From: Octopus bimaculoides
Taxonomy: Eukaryota
Reading direction: 5' to 3'
DNA: 58,173 nucleotides
NCBI RefSeq assembly: GCF_001194135.2
Contig: NC_068981.1
Location: 156,714,406 to 156,772,578, forward strand
Shown here: positions 49,401 to 58,173 of the stretch, in pieces
How positions within the stretch are numbered: the first letter of the stretch is position 1
Layout of the letters: each line of letters opens with the position of its first letter
Translations under genes and position numbers: made by a program
The notes under the pieces: model-generated
The model's input: only the letters and a program-made list of their open reading frames with translations
The model's database searches: none
Told to the model about the DNA's origin: nothing

Positions 49401-49750
49401 ATTTACTGTCTATGTGGGTCAATGAACCGTTGATAGTCTTTTGTGTCGTAATTTGTTTACATAAGCATGACCAGTGATGAAATCGGGATACATAGAGATA
49501 TTTTGATAAGTAATACAAGATATATTAAACATGTAGGCATGTAAAAATAAAATCAAAAGCTGACCGTTACAAAAAACAAATTTATTTGGTCCCTAGATGA
49601 AAGCAATAGGTATAATCTTTAGTAATTATCACTTTTAATACTTCTAACATCTCTTTCTAAAAGCTGAATTCAGTCTGGAGAAATATCATCGAAAGACAAA
49701 CTTTCTTAACCTGTAATACTTCAATATATTTTTCTTTTTATGTTGTATAG

Positions 49751-49856
49751 GTGCCTCGAGAGAAATACTGTTTCAAGGTGGAAGCTGAAAAGTGGTTTGA
49801 AGTTGAAAATCGCAAAGTAGCTCAAGCTGTCACAACAAGTCTTTTCTATGATCCAA
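49751..49856 (+). CDS. TEP: TEP exon 28 (VPREKYCFKVEA...FEVEN...FYDP)
   Basis: atag/gtaaat boundaries; C..V.A...F.V.N...Y.P pattern. Confidence 0.9.
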
Positions 49857-50460
49857 GTAAATACGCCTTTTTTTAAAAAACAAATATAGTCAATAATATA
49901 GTCAATAATATTGTGGATGATATTTGAGAATGTGTGTCATTAATCATGAAAGTGAAGTGAAATAAGTTATAGCCGAGAATGGAATAGAATTTTTTCAATT
50001 ATTTTATGGCGTCTGAATTTATCACAATTCATGTCATTGACTTTCTTTGATTCGTCAGAAAATCAGTTCCTGATCTGAAAGGGTAGTCAAACGATTGTCT
50101 TTCTCGAACATTTTCTGCATATTTTAACGACACAGGGTGCAAGAAAAGTGAAGATCATTTGGGGAGAATTAAGAATAATATTACGAGAGAGTCGTACTAA
50201 CAGAATACATGGTATAACTTAACTTGTTTCCACAGTTATATAAATCCCATAAATCCATCTGAAGCATAAACATCTACCTCGACTAATCAAGCAATCAATA
50301 AATCAGTCAACCACAAAATAACATTTGACTAGCACCTTCAGATAATCATCATCTTTTTCTTTTTAAATTCTACTTTTTATCTCTTCTCTTCTTTCCATCT
50401 TTGTTTCCTTCACTTCCTTTTCTATTCACAATCAACTTTTTTAATATCTTCTCTTTACAG

Positions 50461-50516
50461 GTGAAAGTACAGTGAAAACATATGAAATTGATTGCTCTGC
50501 CCAGAGTTCTGATTAG
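50461..50516 (+). CDS. TEP: TEP terminal coding exon (ESTVKTYEIDCSAQSSD*)
   Basis: Long pyrimidine tract then acag; TAG stop at 50514-50516; AATAAA signals follow. Confidence 0.85.
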
Positions 50517-50546
50517 AATTCTTCCTTCAAATCAAATTGTATATTA

Positions 50547-50565
50547 AATAAAAAGTACCAATAAA
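50547..50565 (+). promoter_or_regulatory. Candidate polyadenylation signals (two AATAAA hexamers)
   Basis: AATAAA at 50547-50552 and 50560-50565, 30-50 nt after the stop, followed by U-rich and (TG)n sequence. Confidence 0.55.
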
Positions 50566-50601
50566 TTTTACATAATTTTATTCCTGTTGTATTTTGTTGT
50601 C

Positions 50602-50668
<67 letters not shown>

Positions 50669-51599
50669 TGGTTTGATAGCCTGAATACCTCTCTAAAGGT
50701 TTTGGTATCTCAGAAACCTTTACATAAGATCGTTCAACGTGTTGCCTGTCGTATCATCAACTCCTTTTAAGTAGTGCAAAGCTATTATCTCTCAGTATAA
50801 GAGAGAGCTGCGCAAAGCAAGAGCCACGTCATTTCCGCCCAGCCGAACAGACTATATATGTCTGACATGCTGCAGAGCCTTGGTTATCTGCATTATACTA
50901 TCTATCATCTCTGAGAATGAAAGCATATAACTCCATCAACAGCACAAGCCAATGAGACAGCCGCTTGTTAGAGACTTGATCTTCAGGACAAATCAACCAC
51001 ATTACCCTTAACTCAGATCATACCATCTTTAAAAAGGACATACTGGATAATATAGTCTTAGACGCACAATGCCTGGATAAATGATGGAATGACCGCTGAA
51101 CTGGGATGTTTTTTGTCACTGGTGTATTCGGTCAGGACCAAACAATTACTACAACAGCATTTACGTAAAAAACGTTAACAAAACACAACCAACTCCACCA
51201 AAACCTGAACACGATCACAAAACACCATCATTGAAGGAAAATCCAACACCTACAACACATGATACATTATTTAATACAATATTACCAGTAACACAAAAGC
51301 GACAGTCTACGTCATTCACATGGGATTGCCTGCTACCGCTGCTGCTGCTGCTATTGTTTGATCCTTAAGTCGGCCCTGATTGAACAAAGACATTGTTTTA
51401 TGCTAAAGTTTAATTCCAACATTGATCATCCCGTATATTTAGGGACATCTAAAACCATTAATTATATATACCCAGGTCTATTCACCATTTTTCTAGGAAG
51501 ATACACATTAGGCATTCCATTCAAGATACACATTAGGCATTCCATTCATTTCCCAGCTCAAAGGGGCGAGCTGCGTTCTATGCTCGGATCAAGGCATTG

Positions 51600-52680
51600 A
51601 ACGCAACCCCCAATATCAGCAGCGGGCCTTTACAGCATACGCTGGTTTACCCCCGCCGCATCATTCTGGTTCTGTACCCCTTTGAGCAACATCAAAACTC
51701 ACTCAACCGTCCACAAACACTCTCCAGGCTTTCCTATCATTTATAAACTCTCTTGCTTCTCCCATTCCTCTAACCATCAAAGCTTTCCTCACCCCATCCA
51801 TATCCATCCATCCATCCATCCACACAAACCGAGGTCTACCTCTGGTTCTGCTGCCTACATCAGCCTTCATCACCCTCCTTACCATCCGCTCCTCATCCTT
51901 CCTCTCCATGTGGCCAAACCACCTCAACATTCGTCTATCCAATTTGGTTGTTAGTTTTTCTCTCATTCCTGCTCGTCTTCGCACCTCCTCATTCCTCATC
52001 CTGTCCATCCGCATAACCACTTTTCCCCCCACACTATCCACACACTCTATCAATTCCCTCCGGAACTCCTCTACTTCTTCCTCACTCCTTTCACTCTCTG
52101 GACCACATGTACTAAAAAACACCCACATCTCTTCTCCCCCATCACACCTTAACCCACCTTAATCTTTAAGACACTTCTCTCCACTCCACCATACTCTTTT
52201 TCACACGCTCACTCACCAGCAATTCCACTCCCTCCCCCTCCTACTCCTGACACTCGTCCAGTCACATTCCCAAGCTGATACTCTCCCTTACCTTTCATCT
52301 TAGTCTCACTCAATGCCAGCACTCCATCCTTCTCCTCATCATCACACTCCCTATCTCTCTCTTCTTTACCTCGCTTGTACTACACCCACGCACATTCCAT
52401 GACCCTAGTACTAGGGTGAGATTTGGTGTTAACCTTCTCCTACGCCCTTGTCTTTTTCTTGCCGTCTTTTTTAGGGAATACGGCCACTGCATTCTACCGA
52501 CCCCTCCCCCAGTCACAGTGGGGTTTGTTAGTTAACCCATAGCTGGGACCCTTACAGGTGCTACCACTCCGGGCCAGAGTAGACCTGGGAACAATAGTAG
52601 CTAAGAGAGGGTTCCACACTTCTCCAATCCTGAAACCAGGGCCCCAGGGGTTCCATCACTGGATGTAGTTTATAGTCATA
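51600..52680 (-). mobile_element. RTE-clade LINE, internally deleted (APE start joined to 3' RT tail)
   Basis: LVLGSWNVRGCS (APE) and MRNEEVRRR...MLRWFGHMER...RRV...RGRPR..WMD (RTE C-terminus). Confidence 0.88.
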
Positions 52681-53749
52681 CCCAGGATATTATGTTTAAA
52701 GACAGTAGGGTATGATTTAAGAAACTTTAGTTGCTATTTCTAAGAGCTTGAGCAACCACGAAGAGCGACACTGGATGGCTTGTAGATCATCAGTAGATTA
52801 GCTGGGTTTGAGCCACAGTTCTGCTAACAAGGCTCCACTCAGTGGAAATTTATATTGTGCACTCTGGCACGTAGTCATTTAATGAATGAGGTGTTGTATG
52901 GCCGTCCTGGAATGTTGCCTATTGGACATTGTTCTTGTATATCTGGTATTGTTGTTGAGTTCCAAGTTAACGTCAATTAAACAAGCCTACAGAATCATAA
53001 TCTGCCATTGTAGAGCTATTTCTTTTGGTTTGTCAAAAGAAATTCAAACATAACCATCCGTCTTTTGTAATTTTTAAAACGTTAGGTGTAATGTTAAGGT
53101 GATTTAGCAGCTATTTCTAGCATCTATGTGTCTATCGATTTTAGAGTTGGCCAAAACAGCGGTGTGCAAGGTGGTCTCGGTCGGAGAGTCGTGCTTTTGT
53201 TCCTCTGTGCTAGTCATTGGTGTTCTGCAACCCGGCATGATGTTTAGGGCTAATGTGTTGATTTCTTCAACCCAATGAAATGAAATCGACTCATTAGGGT
53301 TTGAATTCAGAACGTAATGAAAGTACTCAGCTTCTACGAAATCTTTTTCAAGGAATTCGTTGATGACTTTGTGGTTTTTCTTGTAATTTTAGATATAAAA
53401 TATGGACTTTTAGCATTGACACAAGCACACACATTTTGAGGAATAGCTATAGCTGATTGTATTGATTCCAGTACATGGATCGCAGATGGGGAAAAGCAGA
53501 GTTAACCGTAACTCGATACTATAAAGTGTTTTATCTAACGTTCTAACGAGCCTGTCAAGCGATCAATCATAGGTGCTTCATATAAAAACTGAATTCTATA
53601 CAAAGTGTAACGTCAAGGAAACAATTGATTTGCTATACATTACCAGCGAACCTATGTTAGCTTGAATGGTGGAATTTGAACTCAAAAAGACGAAAATATA
53701 ATCTATTTAGTCTAGTATTCGGTTCATCCTTTAATAAACTAAAAATATT

Positions 53750-53909
53750 GGCGCAGGTGTGGCTGTGTGTAAGAAGTTTGCTTCCCAGGGACATGGTTCT
53801 GGGTTCAGTCTCACTGCGTGGTACCTTGGGCAAGTGTCTTCTGCTATAATCTCGGACCGACTAAAGCCTTGGGAGTGGATTTGGTAGACGGAAACTGAAA
53901 GAAGCCTGT

Positions 53910-53956
<47 letters not shown>

Positions 53957-54147
53957 TACCACTGCTTGACAACAGGTCAACAGGTGTTGGTGTGTTTCTG
54001 TCGCCGTAGCTTAGGGGTTCAGCCAAACACCCATAGAATAAGTGCTGGGCCTTAAAAAATAAGTTCTGGGGTCGATTTTTTCGATTAAAACCCTTCAAGT
54101 CAGTGCTCCAGCATGGTCGCAGTCAAATGATTGAAACAAGTAAAAGG
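53750..54147 (+). mobile_element. SINE family B, full length
   Basis: GGCGCAGGTGTGGCTGTGTG head; same body and tail as the 44939 copy. Confidence 0.88.
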
Positions 54148-55034
54148 AGAAAGATAAAATATGTTGTGTACTTATTAAGTATTCCGCTGGCTTAACTCAC
54201 TAATGATGAAGTCTTAAGATAATCCGGTCATTCTAAGCTTATTCTGCAGAAGTTACACAATGTCATATAATACCTTAGTTATCGATTTCTACTTAAACCA
54301 ACGAATATCTGAGCAAATGAATAATCCAAATTTAAGTTTAAAGAATAATTTCTGTCTTTATCCACTTACATTAGACCTTTATTTATTTATTTATTGGTTT
54401 GTTTGTTTGTTTGTTTGCTTGATAGTTTGTTTGAAGAAATCAGTATAATTTCTTAACGATTATTAAAATAGCATAAAGGGAAACTACTTGACACCCAAGA
54501 TTTGAATTACTTCCCTTGCATTTATTTACTTTGGTATTATAGGTTTCCAACGGATCATTTATAGCTTTACTGTTTTTCTGATGTCTAGAGTGGGAAAAGA
54601 TTCTCTGTACAGCTCGGGAGTAAAAGGTCTTGATTTATTATTAAAGTTAACTTTGCTTCGACATAAGATAAGCAAACAATTAGCATTCATTGCGATGGAC
54701 TCCCACTGAGATGGGTTGAAGTTCAACGAGTCAACAATTCGCAGTAATTAACCTGCATTGACATGTTATTAAGGAAAATACAGTTTGTCTGTTTTTCTTG
54801 AGCAGGGGTCTCCAAAGTGGTCGATATCGACCCCTGAGGGTCTATCTATTTATTTTCTTGTACATGTCTGGGGGTTGATGAGGGGATCAAGGTGGTCTAA
54901 AACAGTGGTTCTCAAACATTTTCGGGCTGCCTCCCCCTTGACACCCAGACTACATTCCTAGCGCCCCACCACAACTAACCATCACAAACATAGACCTCTT
55001 TCTGAAGCAAATTCAAAGCAACTGTATTTTACAA

Positions 55035-55194
55035 GGCTCTGTGGTAAGTAGCTTGCTTACCAACCACATGGTTCTGGGTTCATTCCCACTGCGTGGCACC
55101 TTGGGCAAGTGTCTTCTACTATAGCCTCGGGCCGACCAAAGCCTTGTGAGTGGATTTGGTAGACGGAAACTGAAAGAAGCCTGTCGTATATATG

Positions 55195-55229
<35 letters not shown>

Positions 55230-55470
55230 GTATGTACGTATGTAATTATGTGTGTGTGTATGTCTGTGTTTGTCCCCCCCCCAATATCGCTTGACAACCG
55301 ATGGTGGTGTGTTTGCGTCCCCGTAACTTAGCGGTTCGGCAAAAGAGATCGATAGAATAAGTACTAGGCTTACAAAGAATAAGTCCTGGCGTCGATTTGC
55401 TCGACTAAAGGCGGTGCTCCAGCATGGCCGCAGTCAAATGACTGAAACAAGTAAAAGGGTAAAAGAGTAA
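55035..55470 (+). mobile_element. SINE family B nested in hAT MITE
   Basis: Near-full copy, very similar to the 44939 copy. Confidence 0.9.
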
Positions 55471-55553
55471 TGAAACAATTATTTTGTTGTTTTTACATGA
55501 ATCGCCACCCCATTATCGCCCCAATTGTTACATGAATCGCTACCCTAATATTT

Positions 55554-55785
55554 CTTTCTTTATTGCCCACAAGGGGATAAACATAGAAAGCACAAACAAG
55601 GACAGACAAAGGGATTAAGTCGATTACATCGACCCCCAGTGCGTAACTGGTATTTATTTAATCGACCCCGAAAGGATGAAAGGCAAAGTTGACCTCGGCG
55701 GAATTTGAACTCAGAACGTAACGCAGACGAAATACCGCTAGGCATTTCGCCCGACGTGCTAACGATTCTGCCAGCTTGCCGCCCT
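55554..55785 (-). mobile_element. SINE family A nested in hAT MITE
   Basis: Reverse complement closely matches the 21865 copy. Confidence 0.9.
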
Positions 55786-56089
55786 AACATTGTCCCCTTG
55801 AAACTTTCCACCGCCCCCAGGGAGGCAATAACGCACACTTAGGGAACCACTGGTCTAAAACGTTCTAGAAGCAAGGAGCAGCAATAAATACGTTTCTGGT
55901 TGCACAAACAATTATTTTAATAATTTTTTGTGTACATTTAATATAAAACCTTGCCACCGAGCAGGTAACGAGTCATAATATACTATAAAACTGTAATCAA
56001 CTAGAGAAAACAACACATACATACATACATACATATGTATATACGCTAAAAGTTGGCCTTGAAAATCTCTCATCGAAAGATGTATATAT

Positions 56090-56128
<39 letters not shown>

Positions 56129-56487
56129 AACGCATGCACTGCATGTATTACTATTTTTCCAGGATAAATAGTTTTGTGTAATATAAAATTAATTATCGAT
56201 AATTTTCATTATCTTCGTTGTGCACGTAATGTGTTTTTTTTCTTTTGCTTTGTTTTGTTTTTGTATTTCCCATTCTTTCATTTCTTAGTATGAATTGTAA
56301 ATAACCGACATTTAATTCTAAATAACCGACACGTGTATGTTTGATGAGTGAGAAAAGAAGGCAGAGCAGTGAATTAATTGTTTTCCTGTTCTTTTTTTGG
56401 AGCGGTCAAGAAAGAGAAAGGCTGAGCAAAGCAGTCATTGTAAAGAAGAGTGTTCTACTCTTCTCTTCGTAAAGGGAGCGTCAAAGA

Positions 56488-57039
56488 CAGGGGTCGGCGA
56501 ACCGGGGTAAATTAGCCTAAATGGAGTAAAAATGAAATTCTTGTGGGTAATGAGGACTCATTAGACATAAGTAAAATTAAGTAAAAAGAAACGTGTTCCT
56601 TGTTACAACAGAATTTTTCTTCTGACATGACGAGGCAGTCAAAAAGTTGCTGCCTTTTGCAAAAACCTACTTGTGCAACATAAAAACAAAACAGAGTAAT
56701 CGAGTGGACCCCCAAAGACTGGATCCAAATTGCTCTCGTATGAAAATGCCCCAATTTTGATGTAATTATAACAAAAATGAAACAACATCATTTCTCCAAA
56801 ACCTGAAGTGAAAAAGTTTCTAGAAAAATCCTTTTGTTTCATAATGAAGATATTAATTCATTTTATTGCATTTGTTTTATACCTTTTATATTTATAATTG
56901 TATTCTCCATATAAACAGATTCAATAAACCTTTTGAATTCAAAGAATCTATGATTTTCTTCCTTTCAAATCAAGGGGGTAACGTCGGCACAAATAAATAT
57001 ATTATGGGGTAATTGATTAAAAAAGTTCCACAACCCCTG
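56488..57039. mobile_element. hAT MITE, 552 bp
   Basis: Ends CAGGGGTCGGCGAAC...GTTCCACAACCCCTG; perfect 8-bp TSD GTCAAAGA at 56480-56487 and 57040-57047. Confidence 0.85.
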
Positions 57040-57593
57040 GTCAAAGAGATAGATGAAACAAACGACTGGAGAGCTAATGAGAGAGAAAGGTAGAGCGGAG
57101 CAGATTTTTCACTGCTTGCCAGCCGATCAGCAGTCAACATATGTTTAGTCAAATTTACAAGTTAGTTTTATTGCTGATTTCGTAAGATTATTCGGTACTG
57201 ACGAGTATATATTATATNNNNNNNNNNNNNNNNNNNNNNNNNNNNNNNNNNNNNNNNNNNNNNNNNNNNNNNNNNNNNNNNNNNNNNNNNNNNNNNNNNN
57301 NNNNNNNNNNNNNNNNNNNNNNNNNNNNNNNNNNNNNNNNNNNNNNNNNNNNNNNNNNNNNNNNNNNNNNNNNNNNNNNNNNNNNNNNNNNNNNNNNNNN
57401 NNNNNNNNNNNNNNNNNNNNNNNNNNNNNNNNNNNNNNNNNNNNNNNNNNNNNNNNNNNNNNNNNNNNNNNNNNNNNNNNNNNNNNNNNNNNNNNNNNNN
57501 NNNNNNNNNNNNNNNNNNNNNNNNNNNNNNNNNNNNNNNNNNNNNNNNNNNNNNNNNNNNNNNNNNNNNNNNNNNNNNNNNNNNNNNNNNNNN

Positions 57594-57659
<66 letters not shown>

Positions 57660-57780
57660 ACATGTATATATATTTATATACGACGGACTTCTTTCAGCTT
57701 CTGTCTACCATAGCCTCTCACAAGGCTTTGATCGGTGTAAGGCTATCAAAGAAGACACTTGCCCAAGGTGCCACGCAGCC
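57660..57780 (-). mobile_element. SINE family B, partial
   Basis: CTTCTTTCAG...CACAAGGCTTTG...GACACTTGCCCAAGGTGCCACGCAG is the reverse complement of the family B body. Confidence 0.8.
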
Positions 57781-57857
57781 ACGCAACCAAAGTGTCACAC
57801 AGTCACACCCGCACCTATATATAAAATACTAGCAGAGGCACCCGGCGTTGCTCGGGA

Positions 57858-58116
57858 GTGGCACATAAAAGACACCATTTTGAGCGTGGCCGTTGCCAGT
57901 ACCGCCTGACTGGCCCTCGTGCGGGTGACACGTAAAAGCACCCACTACACTCTCTGAGTGGTTGGCGTTAGGAAGGGCATCCAGCTGTAGAAACTCTGCC
58001 AAATTAGATTGGAGCCTGGTGTTGCCATCCGGTTTCACCAGTCCTCAGTCAAATCGTCCAACCCATGCTAGCATGGAAAGCGGACGTTAAACGATGATGA
58101 TGATGATGATGATGAT
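57858..58116 (+). mobile_element. 3' part of a SINE with (GAT)n tail
   Basis: GGTTGGCGTTAGGAAGGGCATCCAGCTGTAGAAAC central motif; ends ...GGACGTTAAAC(GAT)n. Confidence 0.7.
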
Positions 58117-58173
58117 GGTACTTGGAAACTTTTACGAAAATTAAAATGGGGATTAAATGAAAGAAATGATTTA

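Larger units (their letters stand above)
619..50516 (+). other. TEP: Gene span (5'-incomplete): thioester-containing protein, iTEP/CD109-like, alpha-2-macroglobulin family; 29 coding exons, about 1,191 aa in window
   Basis: Exons with GT-AG boundaries and compatible phases sum to 3,576 nt including the stop. A2M-family motifs appear in canonical order: YSLPKFEV, YTFGKPV, MAIDRS, RSFFPQTWMW, VPDTITRW, QPFF..NYPKSV..VFNYL, PSGCGEQNM, GAFSAFG, WLTAFV, VLHKAMQGG, TAYVLLAL, VEMSAYVLLA, GGYDSTQSTVIALQAL, SGMGLIEIQLPTG. Confidence 0.96.
54903..55852. mobile_element. hAT (Charlie/Buster-type) MITE with two nested SINEs
   Basis: Ends CAGTGGTTCTC...GGAACCACTG; perfect 8-bp TSD GTCTAAAA at 54895-54902 and 55853-55860. 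Confidence 0.88.

Noticed and set aside
1-58173. CRISPR arrays, operons or other prokaryotic systems
   Set aside because: Spliceosomal gene and eukaryotic repeats throughout; no regularly spaced repeat-spacer arrays.

Overview
AT-rich, microsatellite-rich eukaryotic DNA with six assembly gaps. The SINE and repeat families point to an octopus (coleoid cephalopod) genome; this is an inference from repeat recognition. One large + strand gene dominates: 29 GT-AG coding exons between 619 and 50516 splice in frame into about 1,191 aa of a thioester-containing protein (iTEP/CD109-like, alpha-2-macroglobulin family). Its 5' exons lie upstream of the window. It has an intact GCGEQ thioester and the catalytic His, and it ends without a GPI signal or C345C domain, so it is probably secreted. 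The introns and 3' flank hold many transposon relics: tRNA-SINEs, CR1, RTE and R4/Dong LINEs, Penelope-like elements, Tigger, Merlin, Tc1/maT, a near-intact DD34D mariner and hAT MITEs with perfect 8-bp TSDs. The most unusual signal is a set of five hammerhead-ribozyme-like motifs, several tied to Penelope-like relics. One of them (2411-2471) has an intact catalytic core and lies on the sense strand of a TEP intron. All coordinates, alignments and RNA folds were derived by eye; no database searches were run.
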